Shown: positions 9,847 through 19,423 of the stretch, piece by piece
Layout: every line of letters begins with the position of its first letter
How positions within the stretch are numbered: position 1 is the first letter of the stretch
Assembly: GCA_963722795.1 (NCBI GenBank)
Contig: CAVROD010000001.1
Span: forward strand, 642,976 to 706,975
DNA length: 64,000 nt
DNA from: an uncultured Actinomycetes bacterium
GTDB taxonomy: Bacteria > Actinomycetota > UBA4738 > HRBIN12
Direction of reading: 5' to 3'
Position numbers and translations under genes: made by a program
Notes under the pieces: generated by a model
Database searches by the model: none
What the model was told of the DNA's origin: nothing
Seen by the model: the letters and a program-made list of their open reading frames with translations, nothing else

Positions 9847-11890
9847 CCGGGGCGACGTCCGAGGCGATCGGCACGCGACCGCTCACGGCGGTGCCGCTCC
9901 CGGGAGCGCTGCGGACCTCCAACGCTCCGTCGAGCGCGCCGATCCTGTCGGCGATGCCCTGCAGGCCGGACCCGTGCCCCGTGACGGTCGCGTCGAAGCC
10001 GTCGCCATCATCGGTGACCGTGAACGCCAGCGCATCGTCGTGGCGCTCCAACGTCACCGACGCATGCGAAGCATGCGCGTACTTCGCGGTGTTCTGCAGC
10101 GCCTCGAGCACCGAGAAGTAGACGGCGGCCTCGATCTCCTGCGGGAATCGCTCGACCCCGTTGGCCAGGACCGACACCGGGATCGGGGACTTGCGAGCCT
10201 GCGCTTCGAGCGCGGCGGCGAGACCCTTGTCGGCCAGCAGCGGCGGATAGATGCCTCGCGCCAGGTCGCGCAGGTCGTCCAGGGCGGCGGCCGTGTCGAC
10301 CTGGAGCTCGCCGATCATCGCCCTCGCCTTCGCGGGGTCACGCTCGACGAGCTGCTCGGCCAGACGCTGGCGGACCTGCAGCGCGACCAGCTGCTGCTGA
10401 GCCCCGTCGTGGATGTTGCGCTCGAGCTTGCGGCGCTCGTGGTCCTGGGCGGCGACGAGCCGCTTCTGGGCCGCCTGCAGGTCGGCCAGCCGGGCCCGCA
10501 GGGCGGACGTCAGCCGCTCGTTGCGGAGCACGAGGCCGACCTGTGCCGCGAGGTCGTGCACGAGCCGCTCCTTCGCCGGGTTCATCGGATCGCTCGGCGG
10601 CATCGACACCGACAGCGCACCGAGCAGCTCCCCCTGGTGCCGGACGTCGACGCGGAGGTCGTCGGGACTGCCGGCGTCGTCGTCGGCGGGCCAGGCGGCC
10701 ACCTCACGAAGATCGTCACCGATCACGAGGAGCACCCGGGCTCGGTCCGCACCGACGCCCTCGCCCAGGACCCGCGCGATGCGCGGGAGCACGTCGTCGG
10801 CCGAGTACGTCTCGGAGAGCTGATCACCGAACGTCGCCATCACCTCGTAGGGCGTGGCGCGCGTGCCGTAGACGACGCGGTCGGCGAACCGGCGGGCGCG
10901 AGCGCGCACCGGCTGGAACACGAGGGCCACGACGGCGGCCGCGAAGGCGGACAGGACGGGGCTGCCGCGCGACCCGACCAGGGTGCCGACGCCGACCACG
11001 AGCCCCGCGTAGACCACCGCGATCAGGGTCCCCATGACGGCGAACACGAGCGTCTTGCGGATCACGATGTCGATGTCGTACAGGTGGTACCGAAGGATGG
11101 CGACGCCCGTCGCGAGCGGGATCAGCATGAAGCTGAGCGCGCCGACACTCTGGATCACACCGCCCCACCCGCTGTCGTTCCCCAGGCCCGGGAGGAACGA
11201 GAGCGCGAAGGAGGTGGCCATCAGCGACGCCGCGTACGCGAGCCATCGGATCTGGTGCCGCACGACGTCGTCGTCGGGGCGCCGCATGCGCACGACGAGG
11301 GAGACGAACCCCCCCACGACGAGCAGCGGCGCCGAAAGCAGCAGGACCCCGATGGCATCGTAGAAGGGCCCGAACGCCTCGATGCCGATCGGGTTCTCGA
11401 CCCCTGGATAGCCCGAGTCGGCGAAGTCGCCGGGGTGGGTCCAGATCGCCACGGCGACCATGACCAAGCCGATACCGCAGGTCCACGCGAACCATCGCCA
11501 TCGCCGCGACGGAAGGTGGCCATCGGGGAACAGCAGCAGCAGGAACCCTGACCCCCCGATGAACGGCACCCAGCCCGGGCCTCCGAGCGCGAGCGCCAAC
11601 GGCCCGAACGGGAGATCGCGCTCGAGCGCGAGCGCTCCGTACGCGGCGATCGGGCCCAGCACGGCGAAGGCGAGCCCCATCGAGACCATCACCCACGCCA
11701 GGCGGGCGTCGGGACGTCGCCGAAGCACGAAGAGACCGACGGTCGGGAACGAGAGCACGAGCACGGTGAACGCCGCCTCTTCGGGCCTGCCCGCAGCGAC
11801 CTCGAGAGCGAGCGTCGCCGCCGCCCCCGCGAAGACGACCACACCCGCCGGCACGACGAGCCGCCGGAGCGTCCGTTCGTCCAGGCTCAT
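9806..11890 (-). CDS. multi-TM sensor histidine kinase, HisKA_3 type (paralog B)
   Basis: Same architecture and motifs as paralog A: FPDGHLPSRRWRWFAW, LRYHLYDIDIVIRKT, ERNIHDGAQQQLVAL, YFSVLEALQNTAKYA, DDGDGFD. Its ATG overlaps the stop of paralog C (ATGA at 11887-11890). Confidence 0.9.
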   Translation of the reverse strand: MSLDERTLRRLVVPAGVVVFAGAAATLALEVAAGRPEEAAFTVLVLSFPTVGLFVLRRRPDARLAWVMVSMGLAFAVLGPIAAYGALALERDLPFGPLALALGGPGWVPFIGGSGFLLLLFPDGHLPSRRWRWFAWTCGIGLVMVAVAIWTHPGDFADSGYPGVENPIGIEAFGPFYDAIGVLLLSAPLLVVGGFVSLVVRMRRPDDDVVRHQIRWLAYAASLMATSFALSFLPGLGNDSGWGGVIQSVGALSFMLIPLATGVAILRYHLYDIDIVIRKTLVFAVMGTLIAVVYAGLVVGVGTLVGSRGSPVLSAFAAAVVALVFQPVRARARRFADRVVYGTRATPYEVMATFGDQLSETYSADDVLPRIARVLGEGVGADRARVLLVIGDDLREVAAWPADDDAGSPDDLRVDVRHQGELLGALSVSMPPSDPMNPAKERLVHDLAAQVGLVLRNERLTSALRARLADLQAAQKRLVAAQDHERRKLERNIHDGAQQQLVALQVRQRLAEQLVERDPAKARAMIGELQVDTAAALDDLRDLARGIYPPLLADKGLAAALEAQARKSPIPVSVLANGVERFPQEIEAAVYFSVLEALQNTAKYAHASHASVTLERHDDALAFTVTDDGDGFDATVTGHGSGLQGIADRIGALDGALEVRSAPGSGTAVSGRVPIASDVAPDVDRERRPSHVSA

Positions 11891-14049
11891 GGTCCTGTCT
11901 CCGTCACTGAGACCTCGCCCCGGACCGTGGTGCCGGCACCCGGCGAGCTCACGATCGCGAGCTCGCCGTCGAGCGCCTCCAGCCGGTCTGCGATGCCCTG
12001 GAGCCCGGTCCCGTACCCGCCGGCTGTCGGGTCGAACCCCCGACCGTCGTCGCCCACCTCGAACCGCACGGTGTCGCCGTCGCGCTCGAGCGTGACCCAG
12101 GCGCGGGAGGCCTCGGCGTACTTCGCCGTGTTCTGCAGTGCCTCGAGCGCGGAGAAGTACACCGCCGCCTCGAGCGACCGCGGCAGTCGCTCCACGCCGT
12201 CGGCCGTGACCGTCACAGGGATCGGGGCCCGGCGGGCCTGCGCGTCGAGGGCGGCCGCCAGCCCTTGGTCGGCCAGCAGCGGAGGATAGATGCCGCGCGC
12301 CAGATCGCGAAGGTCGTCGATCGCGGTCGCGGCCTCGGCCTGCAGCTCGGCGAGCATCGTCTTCGCCGTCGCCGGGTCGCGGTCGACGAGCTGCTCCGCC
12401 AGGCGGAGCCGCACCTGCAGGGCCACGAGCTGCTGCTGGGCGCCGTCATGGATGTTCCGCTCCAGCCGTCGCCGCTCCTCGTCTTGCGCGTCGACCAAAC
12501 GCCGCTGCGCCGCGCGGAGGTCGTCGAGCCTGGCCTGCAGATCGGCCGTGAGCCGCACGTTCCGCATGATCAATCCGGCCTGGCCGGCCAGGTCGTGCAC
12601 CAGCGCGTCCCTTGCCGGGTCCATCGGATCGTTGGCAGGCATCGCCACCGCGAGCGCACCGAGCAGCTGGCCACGGTCCCCGATCGGATACACGGCGTCC
12701 ACGCCTGGGAGTGAGATGGGCGCCGGGCCTTCGGGGAGCGACACCCGCCCGTCGTCTCGACGTGATGCGTCCACGGGCCAGGAGGCCGCGATCCGCAGGG
12801 CGCCGCCCGTGCGGACCCAGACCTCCGTCCGGTCCGCGCCGATCCCCTCGCCCACCAACCGCGCCATCCTCGGCACGACGCTCTCGGCGTCGTAGGTCGC
12901 TCCCACCCGATCGGAGAACTCCGACAACAGCTCGTAGGGTGTGGCACGCTCGCCGTAGACCAGGCGATCGGCGAACCGAGTGGCGGCACGTCGAGCGGGC
13001 TGGAATGCGAGGGCCACGATCGCCGCCGCGATCGCGGACAGGAACGAACTCCCCCTCGACCCCACGAGCGCGCCGACGCCGGTCACGATCACCACGTAGA
13101 CCGCCGTCACGAAGAGCGCCAGCATCGCGACCAACAAGGTCTTGCGGATCACGAGCCCCAGGTCGTACAAGCGGTACCGCAGGATCGCGACGGCCATCGC
13201 GAGAGGGATCAACGCGAACGACGCGAGCGACGCGGTCTGCAGGGCCCGGACCCATCCTGGGGTGAGGGAACCGGGTTCCCAGCCGCTCACGGTGGTCCAG
13301 GTTGCGAGGAGCGCGGCCGTGTAGGTCACGGCCATCACCGCCGCGGCGGCTGCGACCCACATGATCTGCTGCCGCTCGTCGGCCCGTGCCCGCCGGAACC
13401 GCACGACCAGACTGGCGACCGCCCCGATCACGCCGATCGGGAGCACGAACAGACCGGCCCCGAGGACCTCGAGGGCCGGCACGGCGATCGGATTCTCGAC
13501 GCCGGGGTAGCCCTCGATCTGTCCGCCCGTGAAGATGATCCCGATCGATGCGGCGACCAAGCCGATCGTCACCATCCAGGCGAACCATCGCCAGCGCGGG
13601 CTGGGCAGATGCCCGTCGGGAAAGAGCAACAACAGGAACGTCGCCGGCAGGGCCACCACCGGGATCCACGTCCACCCGAGCAGCGCCGCGACCACCTCGC
13701 CCCAGGGCGCCTCGGAACCCGAGTAGATCGCCCACTCGGCGTATCCGCCGAACAGGTAGGACAGCCCGCTCGCGACGCCGATGCCGAGCAGCAGCCAGCC
13801 GACCGAGTTCTCGGGTCGTCGCGATGCGATCAGGATGCCTACCACCGAGAACATCACGGAGACCAGCAGGAGAACGAGGTCGCTCAGGCCGGGCGCGAGC
13901 ATGCCCATGTCGGAGGCGCGCCACGCGACCAACGAGAACACCACACCGACGACCGTCGCCCCGATCGATGCCGCGAACAGCTGCCAGGCCAACCGAGCCC
14001 TCGATCGATCGGGTGGCGGTCGGTCGACGTCAGCGCTCGAGGACGACAC
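11887..14049 (-). CDS. multi-TM sensor histidine kinase, HisKA_3 type (paralog C)
   Basis: Motifs FPDGHLPSPRWRWFAW, LRYRLYDLGLVIRKT, ERNIHDGAQQQLVAL, YFSALEALQNTAKYA and DDGRGFD. The GTG start at 14049 lies 20 nt inside the upstream regulator-cyclase gene. Confidence 0.9.
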   Translation of the reverse strand: MSSSSADVDRPPPDRSRARLAWQLFAASIGATVVGVVFSLVAWRASDMGMLAPGLSDLVLLLVSVMFSVVGILIASRRPENSVGWLLLGIGVASGLSYLFGGYAEWAIYSGSEAPWGEVVAALLGWTWIPVVALPATFLLLLFPDGHLPSPRWRWFAWMVTIGLVAASIGIIFTGGQIEGYPGVENPIAVPALEVLGAGLFVLPIGVIGAVASLVVRFRRARADERQQIMWVAAAAAVMAVTYTAALLATWTTVSGWEPGSLTPGWVRALQTASLASFALIPLAMAVAILRYRLYDLGLVIRKTLLVAMLALFVTAVYVVIVTGVGALVGSRGSSFLSAIAAAIVALAFQPARRAATRFADRLVYGERATPYELLSEFSDRVGATYDAESVVPRMARLVGEGIGADRTEVWVRTGGALRIAASWPVDASRRDDGRVSLPEGPAPISLPGVDAVYPIGDRGQLLGALAVAMPANDPMDPARDALVHDLAGQAGLIMRNVRLTADLQARLDDLRAAQRRLVDAQDEERRRLERNIHDGAQQQLVALQVRLRLAEQLVDRDPATAKTMLAELQAEAATAIDDLRDLARGIYPPLLADQGLAAALDAQARRAPIPVTVTADGVERLPRSLEAAVYFSALEALQNTAKYAEASRAWVTLERDGDTVRFEVGDDGRGFDPTAGGYGTGLQGIADRLEALDGELAIVSSPGAGTTVRGEVSVTETGP

Positions 14050-15316
14050 GGAACACCTCCACGGCTTCCTCGCGCCCCTTCACGTGCCGAAGGCCGATCG
14101 GCTCGCACGCGATGCCGTCGGCGGCCGCCACGGTGCTCGCGGTCGCCACGATCTCGCCGCCGGCGGCCTCGTTCTGCAGCCGCGAGGCGATGTTCACGGC
14201 GTCGCCCACCACCGTGTACTCGAGCCGTCCGCCTCCGCCCACCGTGCCCGCGATCACGCGGCCGGTGTTCACCCCGATGCCCACGCCCATCACCGGCAGG
14301 TCGACGACGTCCCATCCCGCCGCGTTCAGCTCGGACTGCCTCGCCTGCATCGCGATCGCGCACCGCAGCGCCCGCTCGGCGTGATCGGACAACGGCTCGG
14401 GAGCACCGAAGACCGCCATCACCGCGTCGCCTTGGAACTTGTCGATCGTGCCGCCGTGGGCGGCCACGACCTCTGCCATCGCCTCGAGGTGCCGGCCGAC
14501 CACCGAGGCCACCTGCCGGGCCTCCAGGCGCTCGGCGATCGTCGAGAAGCCCCGGATGTCGCTGAACAGCACCGTGACCTCGACCTCCTGCGGCTCGATC
14601 GCCGTCTCGGGATGCGAGGCGAGCCGCTCGGCGAGCTGCTGCGGCACGAAGCTCGCGAGGGTGTTGCGGGAAGCGGTCTGCTCCACGACCGCGGCATGCA
14701 ACCGCTTGAACTCGTCGAGCAGCCCCGTCGACCCCTCACCGCCGCCCGCCATGCCGCGGAACAGGTCGGTCACCTGCCGGTCGACCGCTTCCTGCGTCGT
14801 GCCGAGCGCGACCGCGATGTCGGCGTACCCGAGGCCCTTGGCCATCATGTCGAGCAGCTCGCGGTCGCGCTCGGCGGCCTCGCCGCGCCCGGAGAGGCGC
14901 TCCGCGATCGTCGGGTCGACGGTGCTGCCGCCCGCGTGCACCTCGCGGATCGCCCGGGCGAGCTCGTCACCCTGCGCGATGCGGTCCTTCAAGAGGTAGG
15001 CCAGGCCGCTGTGCCCTCGCCCGAGCAACGCGATCGCGTATTCCTCGTCGTCGTGCGCGCTCAGCACCACGACGCCGGTGTCGGGGTGCTGCTCTCGGAT
15101 CGTGTGGGCGCAGTCGATGCCCTCGAGCTGGAACGAGGGCGGCATCTTGATGTCGGTGACGACGACGTCGGGCACGTGGTCGGCGGCGGCGGCGAGCAAC
15201 GACGGCCCGTCTTCGGCGACGCCCACGACCTCGATGTCGTCGTAGGAATCGAGCAGCGCGCGCACGCCCTCGCGCACGAGCACGTTGTCTTCGCCGAGCA
15301 CGACCGTGATGCTCAC
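14030..15316 (-). CDS. response regulator (REC + LuxR-type HTH) fused to class III adenylate/guanylate cyclase domain
   Basis: GTG start with GGAGGA about 8 nt upstream. REC hallmarks: GEDN, phospho-Asp in DVVVTDIKMPP, VVVLSAH, AYLLKD. GerE-like HTH: ERDRELLDMMAKGLGYADIAVALGTTQEAVDRQVTDLF. Cyclase homology domain: VTVLFSDIRGFS, IDKFQGDAVMAVFG, IGVNTGRVIAGTVG, EYTVVGDAVNIASRLQ. Confidence 0.85.
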   Translation of the reverse strand: MSITVVLGEDNVLVREGVRALLDSYDDIEVVGVAEDGPSLLAAAADHVPDVVVTDIKMPPSFQLEGIDCAHTIREQHPDTGVVVLSAHDDEEYAIALLGRGHSGLAYLLKDRIAQGDELARAIREVHAGGSTVDPTIAERLSGRGEAAERDRELLDMMAKGLGYADIAVALGTTQEAVDRQVTDLFRGMAGGGEGSTGLLDEFKRLHAAVVEQTASRNTLASFVPQQLAERLASHPETAIEPQEVEVTVLFSDIRGFSTIAERLEARQVASVVGRHLEAMAEVVAAHGGTIDKFQGDAVMAVFGAPEPLSDHAERALRCAIAMQARQSELNAAGWDVVDLPVMGVGIGVNTGRVIAGTVGGGGRLEYTVVGDAVNIASRLQNEAAGGEIVATASTVAAADGIACEPIGLRHVKGREEAVEVFRVVLER

Positions 15317-15351
15317 GCCGCCCGTCCTCCTGCTCTTCGTCCGGCTGGAAG

Positions 15352-16041
15352 GTGCCCGTGTACCATCCGCGCATGCTGCGGGTCGTGTTCGCAGAGGACA
15401 ACTACCTGGTCCGGGAGGGCACCGTCGCCTTGCTCTCCAGCGTCGACGACGTCGAGGTCGTCGGCACCGCCGCAGCCTACGACGAGCTCATCGCCGCGGT
15501 CGAGACCGGCGCGCCCGACGCGGTCCTGACCGACATCCGCATGCCCCCCACCGGCACCGACGAAGGCATCCGCGCTGCCAAGGCGATCAGGGCGTCGCAT
15601 CCGCGGGTCGGGGTGGTCGTGCTCTCGCAGTTCACCGACGAGGAGTACGCCTACGAGCTGCTGAAGGACGGCGCCGAGGGGCTGGGGTACCTGCTGAAGG
15701 AACGCGTGGCCGACGTCGGCGAGGTCGTTCGGGCGCTGAACGAGGTCGCCAGGGGCGGCAGCGTGCTCGACCCCAAGGTCGTCGAGGCGCTGGTGGCGGC
15801 GAAGGACCGAATGGCCCACTCCCCGCTCGCCTCTCTCACCGACCGCGAGCGCGAGGTGCTGAGTCACATGGCGCAGGGACAGAACAACGCGGCCATCGCC
15901 AAGTCGCTCTTCCTCACCGAGCGGGCGGTCGAGAAGCACATCAACTCGCTCTTCCACAAGCTCGACCTCACCGAGGAACCCGACGTGCACCGGCGGGTGA
16001 TGGCCGTGCTGGCCTTCCTTCGGGAGACCGAACAGGCGTAG
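15352..16041 (+). CDS. NarL/LuxR-family response regulator
   Basis: REC motifs AEDNYLVREG, DAVLTDIRMPP, VVVLSQF and GYLLKE. LuxR HTH: LTDREREVLSHMAQGQNNAAIAKSLFLTERAVEKHINSLFHKL. The start could be GTG 15352/15358 or ATG 15373. It is divergent from the regulator-cyclase gene. Confidence 0.9.
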   Translation: MPVYHPRMLRVVFAEDNYLVREGTVALLSSVDDVEVVGTAAAYDELIAAVETGAPDAVLTDIRMPPTGTDEGIRAAKAIRASHPRVGVVVLSQFTDEEYAYELLKDGAEGLGYLLKERVADVGEVVRALNEVARGGSVLDPKVVEALVAAKDRMAHSPLASLTDREREVLSHMAQGQNNAAIAKSLFLTERAVEKHINSLFHKLDLTEEPDVHRRVMAVLAFLRETEQA

Positions 16042-16116
16042 GCTCCCACCGCCCGCAGCCCTTGCCCGACCGTGATCACACGGCCGAGAGCGACGCCAAG
16101 AGCGTTGGAGGATGCG

Positions 16117-16494
16117 ATGAGTGGACGCGAGACGGTCGAGGCCCTGGTGGCCACCCTGAATGCGCGCAACGTGCCCGGCATGGACGACCTGTTCCACGAG
16201 GACGCCGTCATGGACTGGCCGCAGTCCGGGGAGCGCATCGTCGGCGGGGACAACCGGCGCGGCGTGTACAACGCGTTTCCGGCCTTGCCGACGATCACGC
16301 CGAGGCGCATCGTCGGCGAGGGGGACCTGTGGACACTCGAGGCGACGCTCGACTACGGCGGTGGGGCCGTGTACCGGGCGGTGTTCATCTTCGAGATGCG
16401 CGACGGGAAGATCGCCAAAGAGACCGCGTACTGGGCCGAGTCGTTCCCGGCGCCCGAGTGGCGTGCCGCCTGGGTCGAGCAGATGAACGCCTGA
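16117..16494 (+). CDS. SnoaL-like / NTF2-fold protein
   Basis: ORF 16072..16494. ATG 16117 is preceded by GGAGGA. The roughly 125-aa sequence (LFHEDAVMDWPQSGERIVG ... AVFIFEMRDGKIAKETAYW) is typical of the SnoaL/ketosteroid-isomerase-like fold. The fold call is made by eye. Confidence 0.6.
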   Translation: MSGRETVEALVATLNARNVPGMDDLFHEDAVMDWPQSGERIVGGDNRRGVYNAFPALPTITPRRIVGEGDLWTLEATLDYGGGAVYRAVFIFEMRDGKIAKETAYWAESFPAPEWRAAWVEQMNA

Positions 16495-16496
16495 GC

Positions 16497-16907
16497 TCAC
16501 TGCGCACGCCTCGTATCGACGATGAACACGCTGCAGGGTGAATGCCGCAAGACCAGGTTCGGCACGCTGTCCTTCACGCGCCACCACGACCCGCGGGTGC
16601 CGCGGTTGCCGACCACGATCGTGTCGGCGCCGACCTCGGCGGCCACCTCGCAGATGCGGTCGGCCGGGGCGCCGCGCTCGATGCGGGTCGTCAAGGGCAC
16701 CTCGGGGTAGCGACGCGTGAGCTCCGAGAGGTAGCGGCCCGGGTCCGGGGCTCGGTCGGGGTCGACGGCGGCGCGCACGTCGCCGTCGGGGCGAACGAGC
16801 AGCACCATCAGTTCGGCGCCGCGATCTCGGGCGAGGCGTGCGGCATCCTCGACGGCAAGATCGGCCGCCGAGCTGGAATCGGTTCCCACCAGGATCGTGG
16901 TCATCAT
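16497..16907 (-). CDS. universal stress protein
   Basis: The C-terminal 136 aa of ORF 16497..17300, starting at MMTTILVGTDSS with GGAGGAG upstream. USP motifs: TIVVGNRGTRGSWWRVKDSVPNLVLRHSPCSVFIV. Confidence 0.8.
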   Translation of the reverse strand: MMTTILVGTDSSSAADLAVEDAARLARDRGAELMVLLVRPDGDVRAAVDPDRAPDPGRYLSELTRRYPEVPLTTRIERGAPADRICEVAAEVGADTIVVGNRGTRGSWWRVKDSVPNLVLRHSPCSVFIVDTRRAQ

Positions 16908-17078
16908 GAGGCTCCTCCGTGTGGTCGTGATGCGACCGTACGCCCCGGCGAGCACCAGGTTCGAGCCGGAGGGCATGCGGATCGGCCGGGGGTGCCACCA
17001 CCCTGATCGAGGTGAGGTTCCCGACCCAGTGGCTCGCCTGAGAGCCTCCTTCCCGGGCTCACCGGCGGGGAGGAAGAT

Positions 17079-17348
17079 GTGGCCATGACGCTCGAGTGGA
17101 CGGACGGCCCGGCGACCCCCAAGGGCACAGAGATGGCGTCGGCGCTGCTGGCGCAAGCCACGTCGACCCTCGAGTTCTCCGTGCGCGACGACGGACGCGG
17201 CTTCGACCCAGGCGCGGCCCGCCGAGGGACCGGCCTGCTCGGCATCGAGGACCGGCTCGACGCGATCGGTGGCTCGATGCGCATCGAGACCGCCCCCCAT
17301 GAAGGGGTCACCCTGTCCGGCAGCGTGCCAATGCGGGACCCTTCGTGA
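17079..17348 (+). pseudogene. relic of a sensor kinase (HATPase_c G1-G2 region only)
   Basis: The 89-aa ORF retains LEFSVRDDGRGFDPGAARRGTGLLGIEDRLDAIGGSMRIETAPHEGVTLSGSVP, which aligns with the C-termini of the neighbouring kinases. No H-box or N-box is visible in any frame upstream. Its stop overlaps the GTG of the next kinase (GTGA at 17345-17348), as in the tandem array. Confidence 0.7.
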
Positions 17349-19423
17349 CGCCGCGAGCCGCGCGACGTTCGGTGCGCGTGCTCGGGGCGATCGCCATCGT
17401 CGCGTTCGCCGCTGCGCTCGGATTCACGTTCGGCGATGCGACCGCCTCCGCAGACGACGTGCCGTTCATCGTGATCATGTCGATCGGCCTGACGCTGTTC
17501 ACCGGCATCGGTCTCGCGATCGCCTCGAAGGCTCCGCACAACCCCATCGGCTGGCTATACGCCGCGGTCGGCGTCGGCATGCTCACCACCATCGCCACGA
17601 ACGAATACGCGATCAGGGGCATGACCGACCTCGACCTGCCGTGGGTCGGGTACGTGCAGTTCTTCAGCAGCATCGCCATCGTGATCGCGGCCGGGGCCAT
17701 CATCCTCGCGCTGCTGCTGTTCCCGTCGGGGACGCCGCCCTCGCCCAGGTGGCGGGCGGTCGGCTGGCTCCTCGCGCTCGGCTGCGCGGTCGCCGTGATG
17801 GCGGGATCGCTCCAGCCGATCCTCTTCGAGGTCGGCGAGGCGCTGTTCGTGCCGAACCCCTTCCACGTGAGCGCGATCGAGTCGTTCACGTGGCTCGGCC
17901 TCGCTGCGACGCTGCTCATCCTCAGCGCTGCGCTGGGTGCCGTGGCCTCTCTCACCGTCCGGTACTGGCGCTCACGCGGTGAGGAGCGCCAGCAGGTGCG
18001 GTGGCTGGTGTTCGCGGTCGGCCTGGTCATCGCGACGTTGCTGGTGACGCTCGCGATCAGCGGCACACGCTTCGGCGACATCGCCTTCTTGGTCTTCACG
18101 GCGTCGATCCTCGTCGGCCTGCCGGCCGCGACCGCCGTCGCCGTACTGCGCTACCGCCTCTACGACCTCGATCTCGTGATCAAGAAGACGCTCATCTTCG
18201 CGATCACGGTCGTGCTCGTGATGATCGCGGGGGTCGGCGTCCTGCTCGCGCTCAGCAGCCCGCTCACCGACATCGTGCCCGACGAGACCCAGGCGGTCGG
18301 CCTCACGGGGCTCGCGATCGGCGCCCTGAGCTGGCCACTGTGGCGGCTGGCCCGGCGCATCGGCGACCGGCTCGTCTACGGCGGCCGGGCCACCCCCTAC
18401 GAGGCGCTCACCGAGTTCTCCGACCGGCTCTCGGAGACCTACGCGACCGACGACGTCGTGCCGCGCATGGCCGCGGTGCTCGGGCAGAGCGTCCGGGCGG
18501 CCGAGGCGCGGGTGTGGCTGCGCCTCGGCGGTCGCTTCCAGCCCGCCGCCGTGTGGCCGGCCGACGCGGCGCCGGTTCGAAGCGTGCCGACCCTCGGCGA
18601 CTCGCTGCCCGACCTGCCCGGCGCCGACCGGGCCGTGGAGGTGCGGCATCGCGGCGAGCTGCTCGGGGCGCTGTCGGTGGTCTCGCGAGCGAACGACCCG
18701 ATCGGCTCCGAGCGCACGCGGCTCATGCGCGACCTCGCCGCGCAGGCCGGACTCGTGCTGCGCAACGTGCGTCTCATCGAGGAGCTGCGGGCCTCACGTC
18801 AGCGCCTGGTGGCCGCCCAGGACGAGGAACGTCGCAAGCTCGAACGGAACATCCACGACGGCGCGCAGCAGCAACTCGTCGCGCTCGGCGTGAAGCTGCG
18901 GCTGACCGATTCCTTGATCGACCGCGACCCGGCGAAGGCGCACGAGATGATGGCGCAGCTGCAGACCGAGACGCAGGCGGCGGTCGACGATCTGCGCGAC
19001 CTTGCGCGCGGCATCTATCCCCCGCTGCTCGCCGACCAGGGACTCGAGGCGGCGCTGCAGGCCCAGGCACGCAAGTCGCCCACGCCGGTGCGCGTCGAGG
19101 CCGAGGGCGTCGGACGCTACGACCAGGACCTCGAAGCGGCCGTCTACTTCTCGTGCCTGGAAGCCCTGCAGAACATCGCGAAGTACGCGAACGCGGGAAG
19201 CGCCTCGATCGCGCTCGCGCAGCGGAACGGATCGCTCGAGTTCCGAGTGCGCGACGACGGCGTCGGCTTCGACCCCGCCAGCGTCGCACGCGGCAGCGGT
19301 CTGCAGGGCATGACCGACCGCATCGACGCGATCGGCGGCACCCTCGCGATCGAGAGCGCTCCGGGGTCCGGCACCACCGTGCGCGGAAAGGTGCCGTGTC
19401 GGCAACGCGAGCGGCAGGGTTAG
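17345..19423 (+). CDS. multi-TM sensor histidine kinase, HisKA_3 type (paralog D)
   Basis: Motifs LFPSGTPPSPRWRAVGW, LRYRLYDLDLVIKKT, ERNIHDGAQQQLVAL, YFSCLEALQNIAKYA, DDGVGFD and GSGLQGMTDRIDAIGG. Confidence 0.9.
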   Translation: MTPRAARRSVRVLGAIAIVAFAAALGFTFGDATASADDVPFIVIMSIGLTLFTGIGLAIASKAPHNPIGWLYAAVGVGMLTTIATNEYAIRGMTDLDLPWVGYVQFFSSIAIVIAAGAIILALLLFPSGTPPSPRWRAVGWLLALGCAVAVMAGSLQPILFEVGEALFVPNPFHVSAIESFTWLGLAATLLILSAALGAVASLTVRYWRSRGEERQQVRWLVFAVGLVIATLLVTLAISGTRFGDIAFLVFTASILVGLPAATAVAVLRYRLYDLDLVIKKTLIFAITVVLVMIAGVGVLLALSSPLTDIVPDETQAVGLTGLAIGALSWPLWRLARRIGDRLVYGGRATPYEALTEFSDRLSETYATDDVVPRMAAVLGQSVRAAEARVWLRLGGRFQPAAVWPADAAPVRSVPTLGDSLPDLPGADRAVEVRHRGELLGALSVVSRANDPIGSERTRLMRDLAAQAGLVLRNVRLIEELRASRQRLVAAQDEERRKLERNIHDGAQQQLVALGVKLRLTDSLIDRDPAKAHEMMAQLQTETQAAVDDLRDLARGIYPPLLADQGLEAALQAQARKSPTPVRVEAEGVGRYDQDLEAAVYFSCLEALQNIAKYANAGSASIALAQRNGSLEFRVRDDGVGFDPASVARGSGLQGMTDRIDAIGGTLAIESAPGSGTTVRGKVPCRQRERQG

